This document shows positions 18,261 to 26,798 of a DNA stretch of 64,000 nucleotides, piece after piece. This stretch comes from Desulfobulbaceae bacterium (GTDB taxonomy: Bacteria > Desulfobacterota > Desulfobulbia > Desulfobulbales > Desulfocapsaceae): NCBI GenBank assembly GCA_004796425.1, contig QZLB01000125.1:6834-70833 (forward strand), written 5' to 3'. The position numbers and the translations under genes are program-made. The first letter of the stretch is position 1. Each line of letters starts with the position of its first letter. Under the pieces are notes generated by a model. The model was not told the origin of the DNA and did no database searches. It worked only from the letters and a program-made list of their open reading frames with translations.

Positions 18261-21200
18261 AAAAAGATCAGATCTTATTTCCTGGTTTACGGCAAACCCG
18301 GTAGCGGCAAACCTGCTCATGCTGTTGATTTTGATTGGCGGTACCCTGACACTCTCTACCATCCGTCAGGAATTTCTGCCTGAGATGAAAATCGAGCAGA
18401 TCTCGATTACCATTCCGTATCCTCAGGCCCTGCCCGAGCAGGTTGAGAAACAGGTTGTTGAACGAGCTGAAGCAGCCCTGGCAGGTATCGATGGAATCAA
18501 GAATATCCGTTCCTTTTCCTATGAAGGGGGCGCCACCATCATTGCCCGAACGAAAGCAAGAGCAAACCAAGCAAAGATAAGGGAGGAAATCGGTCACGCC
18601 ATCAACTCCATTGAGAATTTGCCGGAAAAAACCCAAAAACCAATCATCAAGGTGGATACCTATAAAGAAGGAGTACTTTGGGTGATTGTCTCCGGAGCAA
18701 TGAGCGAACGAGCTCTTAAGGATGTTTCCTCGTCAATCCATCGTGATTTATTATCTCTTTCCGGGGTCAGCCGAGCCGATTTGGAGGGTGTTCGAGATAA
18801 CGAAATAAGTATTGAACTCAAAGACGAACTCCTCCTAGAGTATGGTCTCAACATTGAAGCGGTGTCAAGCGCGATCAGGATGTCCGTGCAAGATGAACCC
18901 TTAGGAATTTTGAAAGGAAAAAGTGGCGAAATCCTGCTTCGGGCTGCCACCCAGTCGACTACAGCCAAAGCCTTTGAAGACATGATCCTGACTACTGATG
19001 CAACCGGCACGGCTGTGCGGTTGCGTGATGTCGCAGAGATTAAGGATGGCTTTGAGGAAGGTAACTGGTTTCTTCGCTTTAATGGGGAACGTGCAGCCGG
19101 TATCCAGGTGTTCCGCGTCGGGCGACAATCGATACAGGACGTAGCTGAAAGTGTCAAAACATATGTTGCAGAAAAGCAGCTGCAGATTCCCGAGAATGTT
19201 CGTGTTTCTGTTATTGCAGACACTTCTATTCCCCTTGAGGAACAGCTCGATACCATGGTCAGCAACGTCGTTACCGGTGCAATCCTTGTTTTTCTCGCGT
19301 TGTCACTTTTTTTACGAATCAAGCTTGCATTCTGGGTTGTCGCGGGAATCCCGGTCTGTTTCCTTGGTACCATCTGGATCATGGATACCAGTCCACTTGG
19401 CCTTTCAATTAACATGCTGACCTTGTTTGGCTTTATTCTAGTCATCGGTATTGTGGTGGATGATGCCATCGTTATCGGTGAGCATGTCCACACCTCTACC
19501 ACGCGCGATGGTTATGGTCTGGAACAGGTAATTCAGGGAACCAAAGCGGTCGCACTGCCAGCCACCTTTGGGGTACTCACGACCATTGCAGCCTTCATCC
19601 CTGTTTTAATGTTGCCGGGTGTCAATGGGCAGCTCTGGGGGAATATCGGTTGGGTGGTTGTAATCTGTTTAATATTTTCCTTAATTGAATCCAAACTCAT
19701 CCTGCCCGCACACCTGGCCTCCATGAAGAAGGAGCGCTGGACCAGATTCAACTACTGGTATCGCACACTGAGGTCTACGGTCGATCAGTTGCTCTCCTTC
19801 TCTATCAAGCACCTTTACCGACCGAGTCTGAAATGGGCGATTAAATGGCGCTATACGGTCATCGCCTTATTTTTGGCATCTGCCCTTATCACTGCGGCGA
19901 TGGTTAAGACCGGGGTGGTCAGGTTGGTGTTCTTTCCCGATTTTGAATCCGATGCCATTGAGGTTGAGCTCTCCATGCCCGGCGGCACCCCCTTTGGAGT
20001 AACCAGCCAGGCAGCCCAGGCCATAGAAGATGCGGTCATTACCGTAAACGAGCAGATCAAAAACGAATATCAAACCAACCATGACAGTATTAAGAATGTC
20101 ATTTCCTTTTCCGCCTCGGAAACAAGCGTTTGGTTTTACGCAGAACTGGCTCCGGTTGATCAAAGACCGCTTTCTTCAAAAGAGATCATCAGCGCGTGGC
20201 GAACAGCGGTTGGTTCGATACCGGGTGCAACCCGACTGAAATTTAACGGTGTTGAAGACGAACCCACGCCAGCAATTGATATCCAACTGAGTGGAACCAA
20301 TCACACCTACTTGCAGCAGGCATCTCAAGATCTCTATGGTTACCTTTCTGAACGAGAGGGTGTACACGACCTTGAGCACAGTTTGAAACCGGGTAAAAAG
20401 GAGTTACGACTCTCTCCTGTGCCTTTCAGCCAGTCGCTTGGTTTGACGATTTCTGATATTGCCAGCCAGGTAAGACAGGCGGTCTATGGCGAGAAAGTAC
20501 ATACATTCCAGCGCAATGGTGAAGAGACAGAGGTGTTTGTCCGTTATACCAACTCCCAACGCAACTCACTTGCTGATCTTAACCAGATTCATCTGAACAG
20601 TGCTGAAGGGAGTCTTCGCTTTGCTGATGCGGTGAATACCGAGTACCACCCATCCTCGATGGAAATCATGCACTTGAACAGAAAACGAATCTCCTGGATT
20701 ACGGGTGATATCGACAGTCGAATTACCAATGGTGGCGAAATCGTCGACTATATCAACCAATTCAAACCAGAACTGGAACACCGTTACCCGGGGATATCAA
20801 TACGTTTTGCAGGCCAGCAGGAAGAGCAGGGTGATTCCATCAAGGCGATGAAGAAATGGAGTCTGATCGCCTTGTTCCTCATCTATTCGCTGATGGCAAT
20901 TCCGTTGCGATCGTATGTGCAGCCATTTCTTATTATGAGCTGTATTCCGTTTGGTATCATCGGTGCGGTCTGGGGACATTATCTTTTCAATCTCCCGCTC
21001 AGTGTATTATCGCTTTGTGGGATCATCGCCTTATCAGGTGTGGTGGTGAACGACAGTCTGGTAATGGTAGATTTTGTGAACAGCAGAAAACGAAGCGGCA
21101 AAAATTCCATCCGGTCCATAACCGAAGCCGGTCCTGCCCGGTTCAGGGCCATTTTACTCACCTCGTTGACCACCTTTTTGGGTTTGTTACCTATGATGCT

Positions 21201-21399
21201 CGAGCAAAGCCTGCAAGCCCAATTCCTTATTCCCATGGCCGTTTCCCTGGGATTCGGAATTCTCTTTGCAACGCTTATTACCCTGTATCTCATTCCATTA
21301 TTATATCTGACAATGGAAGACGTTCTTCTATTTGTTAAGAAATTCAAACAACAGTTGTTCATGGAGCCGTTGGAAATTCCCGGGAGGATTGGAAAATGA
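18253..21399 (+). CDS. RND inner-membrane permease (AcrB/AcrD/AcrF, HAE1-like)
   Basis: 1048 aa with 12-TM architecture and two large periplasmic loops. Conserved GIVVDDAIV and GVVVNDSLV TM4/TM10 motifs. Confidence 0.9.
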   Translation: MSKKRSDLISWFTANPVAANLLMLLILIGGTLTLSTIRQEFLPEMKIEQISITIPYPQALPEQVEKQVVERAEAALAGIDGIKNIRSFSYEGGATIIARTKARANQAKIREEIGHAINSIENLPEKTQKPIIKVDTYKEGVLWVIVSGAMSERALKDVSSSIHRDLLSLSGVSRADLEGVRDNEISIELKDELLLEYGLNIEAVSSAIRMSVQDEPLGILKGKSGEILLRAATQSTTAKAFEDMILTTDATGTAVRLRDVAEIKDGFEEGNWFLRFNGERAAGIQVFRVGRQSIQDVAESVKTYVAEKQLQIPENVRVSVIADTSIPLEEQLDTMVSNVVTGAILVFLALSLFLRIKLAFWVVAGIPVCFLGTIWIMDTSPLGLSINMLTLFGFILVIGIVVDDAIVIGEHVHTSTTRDGYGLEQVIQGTKAVALPATFGVLTTIAAFIPVLMLPGVNGQLWGNIGWVVVICLIFSLIESKLILPAHLASMKKERWTRFNYWYRTLRSTVDQLLSFSIKHLYRPSLKWAIKWRYTVIALFLASALITAAMVKTGVVRLVFFPDFESDAIEVELSMPGGTPFGVTSQAAQAIEDAVITVNEQIKNEYQTNHDSIKNVISFSASETSVWFYAELAPVDQRPLSSKEIISAWRTAVGSIPGATRLKFNGVEDEPTPAIDIQLSGTNHTYLQQASQDLYGYLSEREGVHDLEHSLKPGKKELRLSPVPFSQSLGLTISDIASQVRQAVYGEKVHTFQRNGEETEVFVRYTNSQRNSLADLNQIHLNSAEGSLRFADAVNTEYHPSSMEIMHLNRKRISWITGDIDSRITNGGEIVDYINQFKPELEHRYPGISIRFAGQQEEQGDSIKAMKKWSLIALFLIYSLMAIPLRSYVQPFLIMSCIPFGIIGAVWGHYLFNLPLSVLSLCGIIALSGVVVNDSLVMVDFVNSRKRSGKNSIRSITEAGPARFRAILLTSLTTFLGLLPMMLEQSLQAQFLIPMAVSLGFGILFATLITLYLIPLLYLTMEDVLLFVKKFKQQLFMEPLEIPGRIGK

Positions 21400-22142
21400 T
21401 CAAAGCTATCGTTCTTGTTCCTCTCTCTCTTCTTCTTTGTTCGCCGGTTTTGGGTGGCACGAATCTTGAGCGTTGGCGGATTGCCCACACACATTTTGTC
21501 AATTCAAAAAAATTACCGCAGGAAGTACATATCATATCCCGCGCTATTGACGATGAAGGCAACCTGCTTGAATCGTCAAAACTATACTGCTCCCTGCATC
21601 GAACAAAATCAAACCGGCTTTACCTGGTGGTGGAAAGTGGTTTTAGTGACGGGAAAAAACTTACCGCATCTGAATGTGCTGAGATGAGTGAAGAAGTAAA
21701 TGAAGAAGAGCTCCAACCCCCGTTTCCTTTTGACCTGACGGACCCGGGCAGTATCATTCACAACCCGTCACCACTCCCTGAAACCGCGGGCGCAGAAACA
21801 TGCCCAAGCGCTTTCTCCGCAACAATTGATAAGCACCCGGTAACCGGTGTCATTACCTATGATTGCCAAACCTCTCTGCCACTTGAGGTAAACTGGACTA
21901 TCACCGAACCTTTTGAAGAAGATTCACTGGCGGTCAGTTCCCTCAACCAGCATGACACGTATCAGATCACCAGTGGGGGGAATTGTCTGCAAGCGGTTTC
22001 TAAAACAGTCATTGAGGCAGAATATGGTATACTCTTTTTGCAGAAGCGGATTACAATCATCACCGAAGAAACGTACCTGAAGTATGTGGACTATACAAAG
22101 CTCCCGCTTTACTTACCGTCCGCAAGGAATAATGGCTTATAA
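21396..22142 (+). CDS. Secreted hypothetical protein translationally coupled to the RND permease
   Basis: The ATG overlaps the permease stop (ATGA). Signal peptide MIKAIVLVPLSLLLCSPVLGG. No family recognised. Confidence 0.6.
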   Translation: MIKAIVLVPLSLLLCSPVLGGTNLERWRIAHTHFVNSKKLPQEVHIISRAIDDEGNLLESSKLYCSLHRTKSNRLYLVVESGFSDGKKLTASECAEMSEEVNEEELQPPFPFDLTDPGSIIHNPSPLPETAGAETCPSAFSATIDKHPVTGVITYDCQTSLPLEVNWTITEPFEEDSLAVSSLNQHDTYQITSGGNCLQAVSKTVIEAEYGILFLQKRITIITEETYLKYVDYTKLPLYLPSARNNGL

Positions 22143-22146
22143 CACC

Positions 22147-22854
22147 ATGACTCAACAAACCCATATACTGTTGGTGGAAGATGACCGCAGACTTATTCAG
22201 CTTATTCGGGACTATCTGGAGAAGCAGGATTTTCAGGTTACAACAGCGGAACGGGGTGATATCGCGGTTACCCTGATAACTCAAACCCAGCCAGATCTGG
22301 TTATCCTGGATCTTATGCTGCCCGGTAAAGATGGCTTAAGCGTCTGCCGGGAAGTCCGTCACCGCTATCCCGGGCCAATACTCATTCTTACCGCCCGGGA
22401 AGAGGATAGTGATCAAGTCGCCGGCCTCGAGCTCGGGGCTGACGATTACGTTAAGAAACCGGTCGAGCCGCGGGTACTTCTTGCCAGAATACGAGCACTG
22501 CTTCGCCGCTTATCTCAACCACATCCGGAAGCGCAGAAAGAAGCTACCCTGGTTTTTGATAAACTTGTGATTTGCCCTGAATCCAGAAAGGTAACCTTTG
22601 AGGATCAGGAGGTTGATCTCACTTCAAGTGAATTTGACTTGATCCACCTGCTGGCAGAAGCTGCTGGAACGATTGTGGACCGCGACAGTCTTTTCAGGTC
22701 ACTGCGAGGTATCGAGTATGATGGTCTTGATCGGAGTGTCGATGTCTCCATCTCCCGGCTCAGAAAAAAGCTGGGTGACTCGTCTACCAAACCATTCAAA
22801 ATAAAAACGGTCTGGGGCCAAGGCTACCTCTTTGTCCCGGACGCCTGGTATTAA
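22147..22854 (+). CDS. rstA: OmpR-family response regulator, RstA-like
   Basis: The REC domain carries VEDD...DLVILDLMLPGKDG. The C-terminal winged helix (DRDSLFRSLRGIEYDGLDRSVDVSISRLRKKL....PFKIKTVWGQGYLFVPDAW) is nearly collinear with E. coli RstA. Confidence 0.8.
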   Translation: MTQQTHILLVEDDRRLIQLIRDYLEKQDFQVTTAERGDIAVTLITQTQPDLVILDLMLPGKDGLSVCREVRHRYPGPILILTAREEDSDQVAGLELGADDYVKKPVEPRVLLARIRALLRRLSQPHPEAQKEATLVFDKLVICPESRKVTFEDQEVDLTSSEFDLIHLLAEAAGTIVDRDSLFRSLRGIEYDGLDRSVDVSISRLRKKLGDSSTKPFKIKTVWGQGYLFVPDAWY

Positions 22855-22879
22855 CCAGTCAACGCTCTTATTACCACCA

Positions 22880-24178
22880 ATGAAACGATTCTTTCTCTCA
22901 ACGTATTTTTTCCTCTTACTGGCATTCTGTATCACCATCTTCGGGGTTGATCTGGCTGCAACCTACTATCTGGAAAAAAAATATAATGAAATTGTGCTTG
23001 AACTGAATGAAGAGTTGAGTCGTGGTACCTTTTATCTGCTTGAAAAAGAATTTCAGCAACGCGGGAACCAAAGCTACCAGGAAATAATTGATCAATTGCA
23101 GCCAGAATTTGGCTATCCACTCAAACTCCAAAGACTCAGCGATCTGGAATTTACCAGCAAAGAGGAAAAAATCCTGCAGAGAAAAGGGGTTATAATCCGT
23201 GAGGATGGTGATCTTCACCTGAGGCAGATTGGAGAGAGCGATTACGTGGTCTCCATGGGACCATTCAAGGATATCGATCTCAAACCGCTTGAGACAACCA
23301 GCTTATTCATCTTGGGAGCGATCATTTTTGGTTTACTTATCTTTCTCTGGACCGTCTTTTTCTGGCAGAAGCTGCTCAAGATCAGTAAAGCTGTTGATGC
23401 ATTCGGACAAGGAGATTTCTCCGCCAGGGCAGTGGTTTCAAAATTCTCTTCCATCTCCGCCATTGCCCGTAATTTTAACGAGATGGCAGAGCAAATAGAA
23501 CGGCTTATCTCTTCGCACAAGCAGCTTGTGAACTCGGTATCGCATGAATTACGAACACCTATTTCCCGCATTCGTTTCGGACTTGAAAGCGTGCGTACCG
23601 CCCCAGAAATTGATAGGGACAAACATCTCAAAGGGATCCGCCACGATGTTGATGAATTGGACGAGTTGGTCAATGAATTGCTGAGTTACAGCCGTTTTGA
23701 GCGTATGGAAAATAGTTTTGAGGTTTCTCCCAAACCGTTGCTACCCTGGCTTCATGAATACCTGACGCTGGTACATGAATCAATCGACACAGAAATTGAA
23801 TTCATTGGCAGGGATATTGATCTAGATACCTTGGTCTGTTTTGATCCCAGGCAACTTGAGAGAGCACTTCATAATCTACTGCAAAACGGAAGTCGCTATA
23901 GCAACGGAAAGATGCAGATCGTGTTAAAAAAAGAAGCTCAGTGTATTGCCATCTCAGTAGGTGATGACGGCCCAGGTATCCCGGAAGAAGATAGAGTGCG
24001 GATTTTTGAACCTTTTGTCAGGCTGGATTCCAGCAGGAACCGGGAACGCGGTGGATATGGCCTCGGCCTGGCCATTGTCCGTGAGATCGTGCGCAATCAT
24101 AACGGGCATCTTAAGGTTGGTAGATCTTCGTTAGGCGGAGCACTCATAACCCTGGAAATACCGCTTGCCTTAAGCTGA
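22880..24178 (+). CDS. rstB: Sensor histidine kinase, RstB-like (2 TM, HAMP, HisKA, HATPase_c)
   Basis: Same architecture as RstB. H-box SHELRTPISRIRF, N-box LLQNGSRY, G-boxes DDGPGIP and GGYGLGLAIV. Confidence 0.75.
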   Translation: MKRFFLSTYFFLLLAFCITIFGVDLAATYYLEKKYNEIVLELNEELSRGTFYLLEKEFQQRGNQSYQEIIDQLQPEFGYPLKLQRLSDLEFTSKEEKILQRKGVIIREDGDLHLRQIGESDYVVSMGPFKDIDLKPLETTSLFILGAIIFGLLIFLWTVFFWQKLLKISKAVDAFGQGDFSARAVVSKFSSISAIARNFNEMAEQIERLISSHKQLVNSVSHELRTPISRIRFGLESVRTAPEIDRDKHLKGIRHDVDELDELVNELLSYSRFERMENSFEVSPKPLLPWLHEYLTLVHESIDTEIEFIGRDIDLDTLVCFDPRQLERALHNLLQNGSRYSNGKMQIVLKKEAQCIAISVGDDGPGIPEEDRVRIFEPFVRLDSSRNRERGGYGLGLAIVREIVRNHNGHLKVGRSSLGGALITLEIPLALS

Positions 24179-24271
24179 TTTCTGCCTGTTTGATATCACC
24201 TAAACAATTTTCCATACAGAGATTCATAAATATAGATTCATTCTTTTCCACCTGATCTCTTAATAAGAGTA

Positions 24272-24299
24272 TTGACATTTCATGACGTCCTGGTATCAT
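24272..24299 (+). promoter_or_regulatory. Sigma70-like promoter: TTGACA - 16 nt - TATCAT
   Basis: Consensus -35 at 24272-24277 and a near-consensus -10 at 24294-24299. It lies 34 nt upstream of the RHH ATG, and AAGGGA sits 5 nt before that ATG. Confidence 0.45.
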
Positions 24300-24312
24300 G
24301 ACGTCATGAAAT
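24277..24312. promoter_or_regulatory. Perfect 13-bp inverted repeat (ATTTCATGACGTC / GACGTCATGAAAT) spanning the promoter; likely operator
   Basis: Arms at 24277-24289 and 24300-24312 with a 10-bp spacer that contains the -10 box. CATGACGTC also occurs as a direct repeat (24281-24289 and 24297-24305). Confidence 0.6.
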
Positions 24313-24332
24313 AACAACATCAAGGGAATCCT

Positions 24333-24506
24333 ATGCCAAAAGAAAATAAAAAAAACACCTCTTTGCGGCTTGAAAACAAAGTGCTGAAAGAACTCAAAAT
24401 AGTTGCCATTGAAGAGGATACGAGTGTCCAGGCAATTGTTGAGACCTTGATCCAAAATTTCCTGAAAAACCACAAGAAAAAGAAAAGAAAAGACAGCGAT
24501 TCATGA
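24333..24506 (+). CDS. 57-aa ribbon-helix-helix protein, ParG/CopG-like (absent from the ORF track, below its size cut-off)
   Basis: My translation is MPKENKKNTSLRLENKVLKELKIVAIEEDTSVQAIVETLIQNFLKNHKKKKRKDSDS. The strand-helix-helix pattern is collinear with TP228 ParG (...VNVNFDEEKHTRFKAACARKGTSITDVVNQLVDNWLKEN). Confidence 0.7.
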   Translation: MPKENKKNTSLRLENKVLKELKIVAIEEDTSVQAIVETLIQNFLKNHKKKKRKDSDS

Positions 24507-24525
24507 ATCGGCATTGTTTATTACT

Positions 24526-26019
24526 ATGATACCTACTGCCTATACCTTACCATCACGATTTCCCCACAAGTCCATTAGTAAAGCGTTATCCCCTGATCTC
24601 TTTCTTTCACAAAAACCTGCGGATGAGGAAACGGTTGTTCTTCTGGACACTTTTGATGAAGAACTGAGAAGCAGTGGAAGATTGCTTCTTGAATCAGCTA
24701 CAGGATTGATTCTTATCAACCCCAAGTCTGGTACTTTCTTCCAGCAATCCGGTCATGCCAAATTTCTCTGTCATACAGAGATTACCGAGGGTGCCGTCAA
24801 ACAAGCGTTGAAAAGTGTTTCAGATTTACGCGCTTTTTTGCCGGTCGTTACTCTGGTTCTTGAAAAAAATATCCGGTTGGTACTTGATGATGAAGGAAAA
24901 ACGGTCGTTCGGCTGCATTGCTTCAGCTTCAAGAGGAAAAAAAATAATGGTACACAACTGGCTCTCAGTCAGCCACTTCGAGGATATGTAAAGGAATATG
25001 CCCAACTGACTCATGCGATGCAGAGTATTAGCCGTGAAGATCACTCCATCTACGAAGCACTCTCCATTAAGTCAACCGGTTTCAACCCAAAACCGATTAT
25101 TACGTTGAAAAAATCGGATCCAATAAAGCATACGACAAACATGATCATCTCCACGTTCATCGGAGTTGCACGCCAAAATGAAACAGGGATCGAGCGTGAT
25201 TATGATACCGAGTTTCTTCATGATTACCGGGTCAGCTTTAGAAAGGTTCGGTCTGTGCTCAGTCTATTTAAAGGAGTATATAGCCCCACTGACACCGCAC
25301 ACCTCAAAACTGAATTTGCAGATATTATGAAGGTGACCGGTCGGCTTCGGGACCTGGATGTCTACCTACTTGATAAATCAAACTATTTCTCACTCGTGCC
25401 CGAATCAACCCACGAGGGTCTTACGTTGCTATTCAAAGCGTTTGAGAAGGAACGAAGTGTAAAACATAAGCTTCTCTGCAAATCCATCAAAAGCACATCC
25501 TACAAAAAGCGAGTCGAGAAGTTGGCCAATAATTTCAGCCAGGACAATTATCACGCCGGTTCACAAGCGAACATCAAATCGCTTGAATATGCCTGTAGAG
25601 TTATACTTAAGCGATATCAGAAAGTCTGTACCATCGCCCGATCAATCAATGAACATACTGAAGATGAGGTGGTGCATGATTTGCGAATTCACTGCAAGAA
25701 ACTTCGATATTTAATGGAGTTCTTCACCCCACTTTTTGAGAAAAAGAGCATAAGATCGCTGATTAAATCACTTAAATTACTGCAGGACAATCTTGGCAGA
25801 TTTAACGATTGCTCCGTGCAGCAGGAATCACTCCGTGACTTTCTAACTGTAAACCCCTACACAGGAGCCCAAAAGATCAACGTTGCTCAGAGTATCGGCG
25901 CGCTTACTGCCATGCTGAACCTCCAGCAACAAAAAGAGAGAAGTCTGGTGATGAAAAACTTCGCCCAATTTGACAGCAGGACTACCAGGGAACTGTTTCA
26001 CCAACTTTTCAGCACCTAA
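24526..26019 (+). CDS. CHAD domain protein with an N-terminal ~190-aa region of uncertain (possibly degenerate CYTH-like) fold
   Basis: CHAD signatures: HDYRVSFRKVRSVLSLF, GRLRDLDVYL, VHDLRIHCKKLRYLMEFF, LQDNLGRFND. The N-terminus lacks the ExExK motif of active CYTH enzymes. Confidence 0.85.
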   Translation: MIPTAYTLPSRFPHKSISKALSPDLFLSQKPADEETVVLLDTFDEELRSSGRLLLESATGLILINPKSGTFFQQSGHAKFLCHTEITEGAVKQALKSVSDLRAFLPVVTLVLEKNIRLVLDDEGKTVVRLHCFSFKRKKNNGTQLALSQPLRGYVKEYAQLTHAMQSISREDHSIYEALSIKSTGFNPKPIITLKKSDPIKHTTNMIISTFIGVARQNETGIERDYDTEFLHDYRVSFRKVRSVLSLFKGVYSPTDTAHLKTEFADIMKVTGRLRDLDVYLLDKSNYFSLVPESTHEGLTLLFKAFEKERSVKHKLLCKSIKSTSYKKRVEKLANNFSQDNYHAGSQANIKSLEYACRVILKRYQKVCTIARSINEHTEDEVVHDLRIHCKKLRYLMEFFTPLFEKKSIRSLIKSLKLLQDNLGRFNDCSVQQESLRDFLTVNPYTGAQKINVAQSIGALTAMLNLQQQKERSLVMKNFAQFDSRTTRELFHQLFST

Positions 26020-26030
26020 GGATCGTGATT

Positions 26031-26771
26031 ATGAAAATTCTCGCATGTTACAGCAACAAAGGCGGTGTTGGAAAAACCGCAACCTCGGTAAACCTTGCAT
26101 ATGCCTCGGCCATCAATGGCAAAAGAACTCTGCTCTGTGATCTCGACCCCCAGGGTGCTTCCGGTTTCTATTTCCGAATAAAACCCTCCCGCAAGCTCAA
26201 GGAACAGGCTTTTTTCAAAGATGTGGACAAATTCACCGGGGCAATCAGGGCAAGTGATTATGATAACCTCGATTTATTGCCGGCAAATTTAAGTTATCGA
26301 GACTTTGATATTTTCCTCTCCCGAATGAAAAACAGCCGCTCGCGACTCAAAAAAGCCCTCAAAGCGGTTAACAACGATTATGACCTCGTACTGCTTGATT
26401 GTCCGCCGAACATCTCACGGCTTTCAGAGAATGTTTTTCGGGTCGCCGACAGAATTGTAGTTCCCGTGATTCCTACCACACTTTCTGAAAGAACCCTTGG
26501 ACAGCTTTACGATTTTTTTAAGGATAACAAGTTCCAGAAAAAGAAAATTCTGCCGTTTTTTTCAATGGTGCAGCGTCAGAAAAAACTCCACAAACAGACA
26601 ATGGAGGAGTTAAGAAATCAATATCCGGGCTTTTTGAAGCCAGCGATTCCCTCCTCAACAGATATCGAACGGATGGGAGTTCATCGGGCGCCTGTGCTCA
26701 CCTATGCAAAGAAAAATTCAGCGGCCATAGCTTACAACGATATCTGGAAAAGTATAGACAAGCATCTGTAG
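26031..26771 (+). CDS. ParA/MinD-family P-loop ATPase
   Basis: Deviant Walker A YSNKGGVGKTAT, then DLDPQG, and Walker B DLVLLDCPP. About 246 aa with no N-terminal HTH, i.e. ParF/small-ParA type. Confidence 0.9.
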   Translation: MKILACYSNKGGVGKTATSVNLAYASAINGKRTLLCDLDPQGASGFYFRIKPSRKLKEQAFFKDVDKFTGAIRASDYDNLDLLPANLSYRDFDIFLSRMKNSRSRLKKALKAVNNDYDLVLLDCPPNISRLSENVFRVADRIVVPVIPTTLSERTLGQLYDFFKDNKFQKKKILPFFSMVQRQKKLHKQTMEELRNQYPGFLKPAIPSSTDIERMGVHRAPVLTYAKKNSAAIAYNDIWKSIDKHL

Positions 26772-26798
26772 TCTTCATCTTCAATCACCAGACAAATA

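Noticed and set aside
18660-19502. Long antisense ORFs inside large genes: 18660-19502 (-) and 20979-21494 (-) in the RND permease, 13846-14649 (-) in the CoADR gene, and 53843-54394 (+) in the alpha-E gene.
   Set aside because: Each lies fully within a gene with strong family signatures on the other strand. Their translations are Ser/Arg/Pro-rich, as is typical of antisense frames.
24144-24514. ORF-track entries 24144-24473 (-) and 24320-24514 (-).
   Set aside because: They are antisense to a much better supported plus-strand RHH gene, which has an SD, a promoter and operator, and family-like sequence. Their translations are low-complexity with no motifs.
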